The notes under the pieces were generated by a model. The model did not search any database. It was not told the origin of the DNA and saw nothing but the letters and a program-made list of their open reading frames with translations. A stretch of 64,000 nucleotides of DNA from Chiloscyllium plagiosum (taxonomy: Eukaryota): NCBI RefSeq assembly GCF_004010195.1, contig NW_025215326.1:18659-82658 (forward strand). The letters run 5' to 3'. Position 1 is the stretch's first letter, and each line of letters opens with the position of its first letter. Positions 51,501-64,000 of this stretch are shown here, in pieces. Made by a program: the position numbers and the translations under genes.

Positions 51501-54500
51501 ACACACCGGGAGGTGTACAGTAGCCCAGGACAGACACACCACTGTCCATGGATCAACACATGGGACACACCAGGAAGTGAGCAAAAGCCCAGCACATACT
51601 CACCTCCCTGTCCATGGATCACCACATGGGGCAACCAGGAAGTGAACAACAGCCCAGCACATACACCTCCCTCTTCATGGATCACCACGTGGGGAACACC
51701 AGGAAGTGAACACGAACACAGCACACACACACCCCTGTCCAGGGATCACCACTTGGGGCACACCGGGAAGTGAACAAAAACCAAGCACACACACCGCTGT
51801 CCATGGATCACCACTTGGGGTACTCCGGGAAGTGAACAGCAGCCCAGCACACACACACACCCCTGTCCATAGATCAGCATGTGGGACACACCGGGAAGTG
51901 AACAATAGCCCAGCACACACAAACTCCTGTCCATGGTTCACCACATGGGGCACACCGTAAAGTGAACAAAATCCCAGGACACACTCACCCCTGTCCATGG
52001 ATCACCACATGGGGCACACCGGGAAGTGATCAAGAGCCCAACACACACCTCCCTGTCCATGGATCACCACATGGGGCACACCGGGATGTGAACAATAACA
52101 CAGAACACACACACCCCTGTCCATGGATCTCCACATGGGGCACACTGGGAAGTGAACAATAGCCCAGCACACACACACCTCCCTGTCCATGGATCACCAC
52201 ATGGGGCAACCAGGAAGTGAACAACAGCCCAGCACATACACCTCCCTCTTCATGGATCACCACGTGGGGAACACCAGGAAGTGAACACGAACACAGCACA
52301 CACACACCCCTGTCCAGGGATCACCACTTGGGGCACACCGGGAAGTGAACAAAAACCAAGCACACACACCGCTGTCCATGGATCACCACTTGGGGTACTC
52401 CGGGAAGTGAACAGCAGCCCAGCACACACACACACCCCTGTCCATAGATCAGCATGTGGGACACACCGGGAAGTGAACAATAGCCCAGCACACACACACC
52501 TCCCTGTCCATGGATCACCACATAGGGCACCAGCCCAGTATACACACGCCCCTGTCCATAGATCACCCCATGGGACACAGCGGGTAGTGAACAAAAGCCC
52601 AGCACACACACACCCCTGTACATGGATCACCACATGGGGCACACTGGGAAGTGAACAGCAGCCAAATACACACACCCCTGTCCATGGATCACCACATTGG
52701 AAACACAGGGAAGTGAACAATAGCCCAGCACACACACACTAATGTTCATGGATCACCACGTGGGTCAACCCGGAAAGGGAACAGCAGCCCAGTATACACA
52801 CGCCCCTGTCCATAGATCACCCCATGGGACACAGCGGGTAGTGAACAAAAGCCCAGCACACACACACCCCTGTACATGGATCACCACATGGGGCACACTG
52901 GGAAGTGAACACTAATCCAGCACACACACCTTCCTGTCCTTGGATCACCACAGGGGGCACATCGGGAAGTGAACAATAGCCCAGCACACACACACTAATG
53001 TCTATGGACCACCGCATGGGGCAAACCGGAAAGGGAACAGCAGCCCAGTATACACACGCCCCTGTCCATAGATCACCCCATGGGACACAGCGGGTAGTGA
53101 ACAAAAGCCCAGCACACACACACCCCTGTACATGGATCACCACATGGGGCACACTGGGAAGTGAACAGCAGCCAAATACACACACCCCTGTCCATGGATC
53201 ACCACATTGGAAACACCGGGAAGTGAACAATAGCCCAGCTCACACACCTCCCTGTCCATGGATCACCACATGAGGCACCCCAGGAAGTGAGCAATAGCCC
53301 AGCACACACACACAATCCTGTCCGTGGATCACCACATGGGGCACACTGGGAAGTGAACAGCAGCCAAATACACACACCCCTGTCCATGGATCACCACATT
53401 GGAAACACAGGGAAGTGAACAATAGCCCAGCACACACACACTAATGTCTATGGACCACCGCATGGGGCAAACCGGAAAGGGAACAGCAGCCCAGTATACA
53501 CACGCCCCTGTCCATAGATCACCCCATGGGACACAGCGGGTAGTGAACAAAAGCCCAGCACACACACACCCCTGTACATGGATCACCACATGGGGCACAC
53601 TGGGAAGTGAACACTAATCCAGCACACACACCTTCCTGTCCTTGGATCACCACAGGGGGCACATCGGGAAGTGAACAATAGCCCAGCACACACACACCTC
53701 CCTGTCCATGGATCACCACATGAGGCACCAGAGGAAGTGAGCAATAGCCCAGCACACACACAAAATCCTGTCCAAGGATCACCACGAGGGGCACACCTGG
53801 AAGTGAACAGCAGCCCAGCACACACACACCCCTGTCCATAGATCACCACATGGGACTCGCCGGGAAGTGAACAATAGACCAGCACACACCCCCCCCCGTC
53901 CATGGATCACCACATGGGGCACACCGGGAAGTGAACAATAGCCCAGCACACACACCTCCCTGTCCATGAATCACCACATGGAGCACACCTGGAAGTGAAC
54001 AGCAGCCCAGCACACACACACCTCCCTGTCCATGGATCACCACATGAGGCACCACAGGAAGTGAGCAATAGCCCAGCACACACACACCCCTGTCCATGGA
54101 TCAGCACATGGGGCACACCCTGTAGTGAACTGCAGCCCAGCAGACACACACCCCTGTCCATAGATCACCACATTGGACACACCGGGAAGTGAACAATAGC
54201 CCAGCACACACACACTCCTGTCCAGGGATCACCACAAGGGGCACACCGGGAAGTGAACAATAGCCCAGCACACACACACCTCCCTGTCCATGGATCACCA
54301 CATGGGGCACCCCAGGAAGTGAGCAATAACCCAGCACACACACACAATCGTGTCCAAGGATCACCACAAGGTGCACACCTGGAAGTGAACAGCAGCCCAG
54401 CACACACACACCTCCCTGTCCATGGATCACCACATGGAGCACACCAGGAAGTGAGCAATAGCCCAGCACACACACACTCCTGTCCATGGATCAGCACATG

Positions 54501-57500
54501 GGGCACACCGTGTAGTGAACAGCAGCTCAGCAGACACACACCCCTGTCCATAGATCACCACATTGGACACATCGGGAAGTGAACAATAGCCCAGCACACA
54601 CACACCCCTGTCTATGGAACACCACATGGGGCACACTGGGAAGTGAACAGCAGCCAAACACACACACCCCTGTCCATGGATCACCACATGGGGAACACCG
54701 GGAAGTGAGCAATAGCCCAGCACACACACACTCCTGTCCATGGATTACCACAAAGGGCATACCGGGAAGTAAACAATTGCCCAGCACACACACCTCCCTG
54801 TCCATGGATCACCACATGGAGCACACAGGGAAGTGAACAGAAGCCCAGCACACACCTCCCTGTCCATGGATCACCACATGGGGAACACCGGGAAGTGAAC
54901 AATAGCCCAGCACACACACCTTCCTGTCCATGGATCACCACATGGGGCACACCAGGAAGTGAGCAATAGCCCAGCACACACACTCCCCTGTCCATGGATC
55001 TCCACATGAGGCACACCGGGAAGTGAACAATAGCTCAGAACACACACACCTCCCTGTCCATGGATCACCACATGGAGCACACCAGGAAGTGAACAATAGC
55101 CCAGCATACACGCACCCCTGTCCATCGATCAGCACCTGTGACACACTGGGAAGTGAACAATAACCCAGCACACACACATCCCTGTCCATGGATCACCACA
55201 TGGGGCACCCCGGGAAGTGAACAATAGCCCAGCACACACACACCTCCCTGTCCATGGATCACCACATGGAGCACACCGGGAAGTGAACCGCAGCCCGGAA
55301 CACACCTCCCTGTCCATGGATCACCACATGGGGAACACCGGGAAGTGAACAATAGCCCAGCACACACACCTCCCTGTATATGGATCACCACATGGGGCAC
55401 ACCGGGTAGTGAGCAAAAGCCCAGCACACACACACCCCTGTCCATGGATCATCACGTGGGGAACACCGGGAAGTGAACACTAACCCAGCACACACACCTT
55501 TTTGTCCTTGGATCACCACTTGGGGCACACCGGGAAGTGAACAAAAACCCAGCACACGCACCGCTGTCGATCGATCACCACATGGGGCACACCGGAAAGT
55601 GAACAGCAGCCCAGCACACACCTCCCTGTCCATGGATCATCACATGGGACTCACCGGGAAGTGAACAATAGCCCAGCACACACACACCCCTGTCCATGGA
55701 TCACCACATGGGGCACACAGGGATGTGAACAATAGCCCAGCACACACAACTCCCTGTCCATGGATCAACACATGGCGCACACCGTGAAGTGAACAGCAGC
55801 CCAGCAGACACACACCCCTGTCCATAGATCTCCACATTGGACACACCGGGAAGTGAACAATAGCCGAGCACACACACCCCCCGGTCCATGGATCACCCCA
55901 CATGGGGCACACTGGGAAGTGAAGAGCAGCCAAACACATACATCCCTGTCCATGGATCACAACATGGGGCAGACCGGGAAGTGAACAATAACCCAGGAAA
56001 CACACACCCCTGTCCATGGTTCACCACATGGAGCACTCCGCGTAGTGAACAAGAGCTCAGCACACACCTCCCTGTCCATAGATCACCAGATAGGGCACAC
56101 CGGGAAGTGAACAATAACCCAACACACACACATCCCTGTCCATGGTTCAACACATGGGGCACACCGGGAAGTGAACAATAGCCCAGCACACACACACCTC
56201 CCTGTCCATGGATCACCACATGGGGCACACCGGGATGTGAACAATAGCCCAGCACACACACCTCCCTGTCCATGGATCAATACATGGGGCACACCGTGAA
56301 GTGAACAGCAGCCCAGCATACACACACCCCTGTCCATAGATCACCACATTGGACACACCGGGAAGTGAACAATAGCCCAGCACACACACACCCCTGTCTA
56401 TGGATCACCACATGGGGCACACTGGGAAGTGAAGAGCAGCCAAACACACACATCCCTGTCCATGGATCACCACATTGGACACACCGGGAAGTGAACAATA
56501 GCCCAGCACACACACAACCCTGTCCATAGATCACCAAATAGGGCACACCGGGAGGTGAACAATAACCCAGCACACACACACCCCTGTCCATGGATCACCA
56601 CATGGGGCACACCGGGACGTGAACAATAGCCCAGCACACACACACCTCCCTGTCCATGGATCACCACATGGGGCACACCAGGAAGTGAGCAATAGCCCAG
56701 CACACACACACACCTGTCCATGGATTACCACAAGGGGCATACCGGGAAGTGAACAATAGCCCAGCACACACACCTCCCTGTCCATGGATCACCACATGGA
56801 GCACACCGAGAAGTGAACCGCAGCCCAGCACACACCTCCCTGTCCATGGATCTCCACATGGGGAACACCGGGAAGTGAACAATAGCCCAGCACACCTCGC
56901 TGTCCATGGATCACCACATGGGGCACACCAGGAAGTGAGCAATAGCCCAGCACACACATTCCCCTGTCCATGGTTCTCCACAGGAGGCACACTTGGAAGT
57001 GAACAATAGCTCAGAACACACAAACCTCCCTGTCCATGGATCACCACATGGAGCACACCGGGAAGTGAACAATAGCCCACCATACATGCACCCCTGTCCA
57101 TCGATCAGCACATGGGACACACCGGGAAGTGAACAATAACCCAGCACACACACACCCCTGTCCATGGATCACCACATGGGGCACACCGGGAAGTGAGCAA
57201 TAGCCCAGCACACACACACTCCTGTCCATGGATTACAACAAAGGGCATACCGGGAAGTGAACAATAGCCCAGCACACACCTCCCTGTCCATGGATCACCA
57301 CATGGAGCACACCGGGAAGTGAACCGCAGCCCAGCACACACACACCTCCCTGTCCATGGATCACCACATGGGGAACACCGGGAAGTGAACAATAGCCCAG
57401 CACACACACCTTCCTGTACATGGATCACCACATGGGGCACACCGGGTAGTGAACAAAAGCCCAGCACACACACACCCCTGTCCATGGATATCCACGTGGG

Positions 57501-60450
57501 GATCACCGGGAAGTGAACACTAACCCAGCACACACACCTTTTTGTCCTTGGATCACCACTTGGGGCACACCGGGAAGTGAACAAAAATCCAGCACACGCA
57601 CCGCTGTCGATGGATCACCACATGGGGCACACCGGGAAGTGAACATGAGCCCAGCACACACACACACCCCTGTCCATAGATCAGAACATGGGACACACCG
57701 GGAAGTGAAAAATAGCGCAGCACACACACACCCCTGTCCATGGATCACCACATGGGGCACACCGGGAAGTGAACAAAATCCCAGGACACACTCACCCCTG
57801 TCCATGGATCACCACATGGGGCACACCGGGAAGTGATCAAGAGCCCAACACACACCTCCCTGTCCATGGATCACCACATGGGGCACACCGGGATGTGAAC
57901 AATAACACAGAACACACACACCCCTGTCCATGGATCACCACATGGGGCACACTGGGAAGTGAACAATAGCCCAGCACACACACACCTCCCTGTCCATGGA
58001 TCACCACAAGGGGCACATCGGGAAGTGATCAATAGCCCAGCACACACACACCTCCCTGTCCATGGATCACCACATGGGGCACCCCAGGAAGTGAGCAATA
58101 GCCCAGCACACACACACAATCCTGTCCAAGGATCACCACAAGGGGCACACCTGGAAGTGAACAGCAGCCCAGCACACACACACCCCTGTCCATAGATCAC
58201 CACATGGGACTCGCCGGAAAGTGAAGAATAGCCCAGCACACCCCCCCCCCCCCCCCGTCCTTGGATCACCACATGGGGCACACCAGGAAGTGAGCAATAG
58301 CCCAGCACACACACACTCCTGTCCATGGATCAGCACATGGGGCACACCGTGTAGTGAACAGCAGCCCAGCAGACACACACCCCTGTCCATGGATCACCAC
58401 ATGGAGCACTCCGGGAAGTGAACAAGAGCCCAGCACACACCTCCCTGTCCATAGATCACCAAATAGGGCACACCGGGAAGTGAACAATAACCCAACACAC
58501 ACACCTCCCTCTTCATCGATCACCACATGTGCACACCAGGAAGTGAACAATTGCCCAGCACACACACGTCCCTGTCCATGGATCACCACATGAGGCATAC
58601 CAGGAAGTGGACCATAACCCAACACACACACCCCTGTCCATGGATCACCATGGGGCATACTGGGAAGTGAACAGCAGCCAAACACACACACCCCTGTCCA
58701 TGGATCACAACATGGGGCAGACCGGGAGGTGAACAATAAGCCAGGACACACGCACGCCTGTTCATGGATCACCACATGGAGAACTCCGGGAAGTGAACAA
58801 AAGCTCAGCACACACCTCCCTGTCCATAGATCACCAAATATGGCACACCGGGAAGTGAACAATAACCCAGCACACACAGATCCCTGTCCATGGATCACCA
58901 CATGCGGCACACCGGGAAGTGAACAATAGACCAGCACACACACACCTCCCTGTCCATGGATCACCAAATGGGGCAAACTGGGATGTGAACAATAGCCCAG
59001 CACACACACCTCCCTGTCCATGGATCAACACATGGGGCACACCGTGAAGTGAACAGCAGCCCAGCAGACACACACCCCTGTTCATATATCACCACATTGG
59101 ACACACCGGGAAGTGAACAATAACCCAGCACACACTCACCCCTGTCCATGGATCACCACATGGGGCACACCGGGAAGTGAACAATAGCCCAGCACACACA
59201 CACCTCCCTGTCCATGGATCACCACATGGGGCACACCAGGAAGTGAGCAATAGCCCAGCACACACACACTCCTGTCCATGGATTACCACAAGGGGCATAC
59301 CTGGAAGTGAACAATAGCCCAGCACACACCTCCCTGTCCATGGATCACCACATGGAGCACACCGGGAAGTGAACCGCAGCCCAGCACTCACCTACCTGTC
59401 CATGGATCACCACATGGAACACCGGGAAGTGAACAATAGCCCAGCACACCTCCCTGTCCATGGATCACCACATGGAGCACACCAGGAAGTGAGCAATAGC
59501 CCAGCATACACGCACCCCTGTCCATCGATCAGCACATGGGACACACCGGGAAGTGAACAATAACCCAGCACACACACACCCCTGTCCATGGATCACCACA
59601 TGGGGCACACCGGGAAGTGAACAATAGCCCAGCACACACACACTTCCCTGTCCATGGATCACCACATGGGGCACACCAGGAAGTGAGCAATAGCCCAGCA
59701 CACAATCACTCCTGTCCATGGATCACCACATGGAGCACACCGGGAAGTGAACCGCAGCCCAGCACACACCTCCCTGTCCATGAATCACCACATGGGGAAC
59801 ACCGGGAAGTGAACAATAGCCCAGCACACCTCCCTGTCCATGGATCAGCACATGGGGCACACCGGGAAATGTACAATAGCCCAGCACACACACACCTCCC
59901 TGTCTATGTATCACCACATGAGGCATACCGGGAAGTGAACAATAACCCAGCACGCACACACCCCTGTCCATGGATCACCACATGGTGCACACCGGGAAGT
60001 GAACACAATCCAAACGCACACTCCCCTCTTCATGCATCACCACATGCGGCACACTGGGAAGTGATCAGCAGCCAAATACACACACACCCCTGCCCATGGA
60101 GCAGTACATGAGATACTCCGGGAAGTGAGCAACAGTCAAACACATGCACTCGTGTCCATGGATCACCACATGGTGCACACCATGCAGTGAACAACAATCC
60201 AGCACACACCTCACTGTCTATGGAGTCTGACATATGACACACCGGGAAGTGTGCAACAGTCAAACAGACACCCCTGTCCATGGAGTACCACATGAGACAC
60301 ACGACGAAGTGAACAACAGCCCAGCACTGACCTCCTTGTCTATGGACAACCACATGGAACACACCTGGAAGTGAACAATACCCCAGCACACACACCCCTG
60401 TCTATGGAGCACCACATGGAACACACCGGGAAGTGAACAGCAGTCTGACA
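36515..60450. repeat. Large tandem satellite array, ~62-66-bp (mode 64) monomer, roughly 370 copies by length
   Basis: Consensus CCCTGTCCATGGATCACCACATGGGGCACACCGGGAAGTGAACAATAGCCCAGCACACACACAC, head-to-tail in one orientation; internal gaps at 45688-46040 and 50406-50503. Confidence 0.99.
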
Positions 60451-60975
60451 CATACCATTTCATTGTTTCTGAGCTTCGCAATGCCAGCTCTCGATACACT
60501 AGGGATCCAAATGGGACCCACAGCCGGGACATTCAGGAGACCACGAGCCATTAGTTTTGCACACTGTTTCTGAGCTTCATAATGATTTCCCCGGGATTCC
60601 AGGGATACGAGCACCACCGGCCAGGTTAAGGTACAGAAGGTCGGATTTTCATGTTACAACTGGATGATTACTTGATCGACAAGTTCAGTAAACGTGGCTC
60701 TTCTCAGACAAATAGGATTAACTGGATGAGTAGTACTTTTTTAGGTCCAATAACAAAAATAAAAATATGAAGTAAATGTGCTGACAAATCAGCTGAAATC
60801 CACGTCACAGAATCAGACACCATAATCCAGATGATTTATCTGTGCAGCATGTAGCAGTGTTCAGACCAGGCTAGTGTACTGCTCAATACAATCCAGCAAT
60901 CTGTGCAGACCACGCCAGTCCATAAACTACCTCACAAGCACTGGGAGCTATGCAGTGAACAGCAGTGAATTGTTA

Positions 60976-61110
60976 TGTAAACCAGGAGCATTTACCCTCC
61001 CAGCATGTAGATCAGTGTACGCCACCCCAGGGCATGGATCTGTAAACCAGGAGCAGTTACCCTACCAGCATGTAGAGCTGTGTCCACTGCCCCAGTGCAT
61101 TGTTCAGTAA
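60976..61110 (+). repeat. 65-bp tandem duplication (2 copies plus degenerate upstream units)
   Basis: TGTAAACCAGGAGCA at 60976 and 61041, each followed by ttaccct.ccagcatgtaga. Confidence 0.8.
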
Positions 61111-61214
61111 CACTGTGTTAGATCACTGTCCAGCGAGGGGAAACCTGCAGCCCATGCTGGAAGTGTCAGGATGTGCAGCTCCAATCCATTTGCAGCTCCA
61201 TGTCTCCATTGTAT

Positions 61215-61497
61215 CAATGGATGTAGAATATCTCAAGAGGAAGGAGGAAAATGACTTAGGGTTAACTAGGCAAGGATCAGACAAGGCTCCCGAGGGTTAC
61301 AAGGTAGTCAGGAAAGAAGTGAAGAATAATCTCAGGAGAGCGAGAAGCGGGCATGAAAAAAAAACTTGGTGAGTAGGATTAAAGTAAAATTAAGATGTTC
61401 TATACTTTTGTGAGGAACGAGATGATTGCTTTAGTGAGGGTAGGGCTCATCAGGATAGTGGAGGGTACTTGCGCCAGGAGTCGGAGGAGGTAGGGGA
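61215..61497 (+). mobile_element. CR1 ORF2 internal fragment (endonuclease-RT linker)
   Basis: RQGSDKAPEGYKVVRKEVKNNLRRARSGHEKK; gagtcggaggaggtagggga (ESEEVGE). Confidence 0.8.
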
Positions 61498-63760
61498 ACA
61501 TAGAACATAAAACACTACAGCGCAGTACAGTCCCTTCGGCCCTCGATGTTGCGCCAACCTGTCATACCAAACTGAAGCCTACCTAACTTACACTATTCCA
61601 TGTACATCCATATGCTTGTCCACTGCGGACTTAAATGTACTTAAAGTTGGCGAATCTACTACTGTTGCAGGCAAAACATTCCAAAGCTCTCTCTTTAGGT
61701 CTTTCCTGGCTACCTTGTAACCCTCAAGTGCCCTAACTGAGCCTTCACATCCCATCCTAACATAAGTCATCGTCCTCCTCTTGACCAGAGATTCCACTTC
61801 ATTCGTAAACCACCGCTCCCGCACTCTACAGCTTTCTCCCTGCCTGACAGGTACATACATATCTAGGACACACAGTAGCTTTTCCTTGAATAAGCTCCAC
61901 ATTTCTAATGTGCTCATCCCCAGCAGTTTCCTTCCCCATCATATGCTTCCTAAATCTTGCCTAATGGCATCGTAACTGCCTTTCCCCCAGCTGTAACTCT
62001 TGCCCAGTGGTATACACCTATCCCTTTCTATCACTAAAGTAAACGTAACAGAATTGGATTGCTATCAACAAAGTGCTCACCTACTTCCAAGTCTAACACC
62101 TGACCAGGCTCATTACCCAGTATCAAAATTAATGTGGCTTCGCCCCTTGTTGGGCTGCCTATATACTGTGTCAGGAAGCCCTCCTGCACACACTGGACAA
62201 AATCTGACCCCTCTATAGTACTCGTACTATAGTGTTCCTGTTCAATATTTCAAAAGTTGAAGTTCCCCATTACATCTACCCTGTCTCTGTCACTCCTATC
62301 GAGAATCATCTTTGCTATCCTTTCCTATACATCTCTGGAACTATTCGGAGGCCTATCAAAAACTCCCAACGGGGTGACCTCTCCTTTCCTGTTTCTAACT
62401 TCAGCCCATACCACCTCAGTTGACGAGTCCTCAACCATCTTTTCTGCAACTGCAATACTGTCCTTGACCAACAATGTAACATCTACCCCTCTTTTACCAT
62501 CTTCTCTGTTCTTCCTGAAACATCTAAATCCTGGAACCAGCAACAACTATTCCTGTCCCTGCTCTATCCATGTCTCCGAAATGGCCACAACATCGAAGTC
62601 CCAGGTACCAACCCATGCTGCAAGTTCACCCACCTTATTCCGAATGCTCCTGGCGTTGAAGTAGACACACTTCAAACCAACTTCTTGCTTGCCAGCGCCA
62701 TCTTGCGTCCCTGAAACTTGATTTTAGACCTCCCTACTCTCAACCCTTTCTATACTCGAACTACAATTTTGGTTCCCATCCCCCTGCTGGATTAGTTTAA
62801 ACCCACCCCAATAGCCTTAGCGAATTCCACTCCCCCCTAGGAGATTGGTACCCCTCTAGTTCAGATGAAGCCCTCCTGCTTGTAGAGTTCTCACCTACCC
62901 CAGAAAGAGCCCCAATTATCCAAGAATACAAAACCCTCCCTCCTGCACCATCCCTGTAGCCACGTGTTCACCTTCTCTCTCTCCCTATTCCTTGCCTCAC
63001 CAGCACGTGGCACGGGCAAGAAACCAGAGCCAACAACTCTGTTTGTCCTAGCTCTAAGGTTCCATCCTAGCTCCCTGACTTTCTGCCTTTAATCCCCATC
63101 TCTCTTCCTACCTGTGTCGTTGGTGCCTACGTGGACCACGACTTGGGGCTGCTCCCTCTCCTCCTTAAGGATCCCAAAAACACGATCAGTGACATCACGA
63201 ACTCTGGCACCTGGGAGGCAACACACCAACCGTGAGTCTTTCTCGTCCCCACAGAACCTCCTATCTGTCCCCCTAACTATGGAGTCCCCAATGACTACTG
63301 CTCTGATCCTCTTCCCCTTTCCCGTCTGAGCAGCAGGGACAGACGCTGTGCCAGATCCCTCTACCCCACTGCTTTCCCCTGGTAAGTCCCCGCCCCATAG
63401 TATCCAAAACGGTATATTTATTGTTGAGGTGAATGGCCACAGGGTTATCGCTGCACTGCCTGCCGGGTCCCTTTCTGTCCCCTGACTGTAATCCATTTAC
63501 CTTTTTCTAGTACCTGAAGAGTGACTACCTCCCTGTAACTCCACTCAATAACCCCCTCTGCCTCCCAAATGATCCGAAGTTCATCCAGCTCCAGCTCCAG
63601 TTCCATAACGCGGTTTTCAAGGAGCTGGAGTCAGGTGCACTTACAGCAGATGAAGTCAGCAGGGACACTGGTGGTGAACCTTACCTCCCACATTCTGCAG
63701 GAGGAACATTCAACTGCCCTCACCTCCATTTCCACTAGTCTAAATTCCCAAAGAGACTGT
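61498..63760 (-). mobile_element. CR1 LINE with ORF1 (zinc finger/leucine zipper plus SGNH esterase), endonuclease and 3' tail; RT deleted
   Basis: ORF1 ATG at 63729 MEVRAVECSSCRMWEV..FICCKCT*LQLLENRVMELELEL; esterase VIGDSIVRG..CLPGARVRDV..VVHVGTND; endonuclease FRCFRKNREDGKRG..VWAEV..RPPNS; tail at 61498-61680. Confidence 0.93.
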
Positions 63761-63924
63761 TGAAAAAAAATAAGGAATAAAAAACTCGTTAACTTCCCAA
63801 GCTGTGGCACAGGTACGTTGTTTTTGGTTAAAGGAGGAGGATGGGTGCTTTTACAGATTATAAGGCAAGGTGAGATTTTCTGGGTGTTTGGTTTAATTCA
63901 CAAACAGGTTCATTGCTGTGGCGT

Positions 63925-64000
63925 AACAGCACACTTGGAACATTGTGTTCAGTTCTGGTCGCCTTGTTATAGGATAATGTAGAAGCTATAGTGAGGGTGC
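63925..64000 (+). mobile_element. CR1 ORF2 fragment running off the window
   Basis: cacttggaacattgtgttcagttctggtcgcct = HLEHCVQFWSP. Confidence 0.75.

Noticed and set aside
36317..60395. Hundreds of Cys/Val/His-rich ORFs (PGVPHVVIHGQGCVC, HGSPHGAHREVN) suggesting keratin-associated or metal-binding proteins
   Set aside because: They are translations of the satellite; 62/64/66-bp units shift frame constantly and one frame stops at ATG TGG TGA in each unit
36515..60450. CRISPR-like appearance (constant palindromic repeat plus variable spacer)
   Set aside because: The spacers are homologous variants of one CA-rich sequence and recur in blocks; there are no cas genes and the context is vertebrate

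Overview
Eukaryotic, repeat-dominated DNA. The repeat set (HE1-type tRNA SINEs, CR1 LINEs, Penelope-like tails) points to a shark or other elasmobranch genome; this is an inference. The only convincing host-gene piece is a minus-strand first coding exon of a rhodopsin-class GPCR resembling the GPR139/GPR142-like group (8549-8723). It ends in TM1 at a GTAAGT donor, and I found no second exon in the window. About 24 kb (36.5-60.45 kb) is a ~64-bp tandem satellite with nested higher-order structure. The rest is decayed CR1, L1, L2-like and Penelope elements, SINEs, minisatellites and four assembly gaps. Main observations: (i) two non-coding blocks flanking the GPCR exon recur in the same order and orientation at 28.2-30.5 kb and 60.8-61.2 kb, which suggests a duplicated GPCR locus whose exon-1 interval is now occupied by an L1 and the satellite; (ii) minimal hammerhead-ribozyme cores occur in Penelope-derived tails, including a head-to-head palindromic pair; (iii) two CR1 copies are fused 5'-to-5'; (iv) the satellite monomer carries ETS/IRF-like, E-box and dyad motifs. 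I cannot demonstrate a new biological system from sequence alone. Element boundaries were estimated by eye and are approximate.
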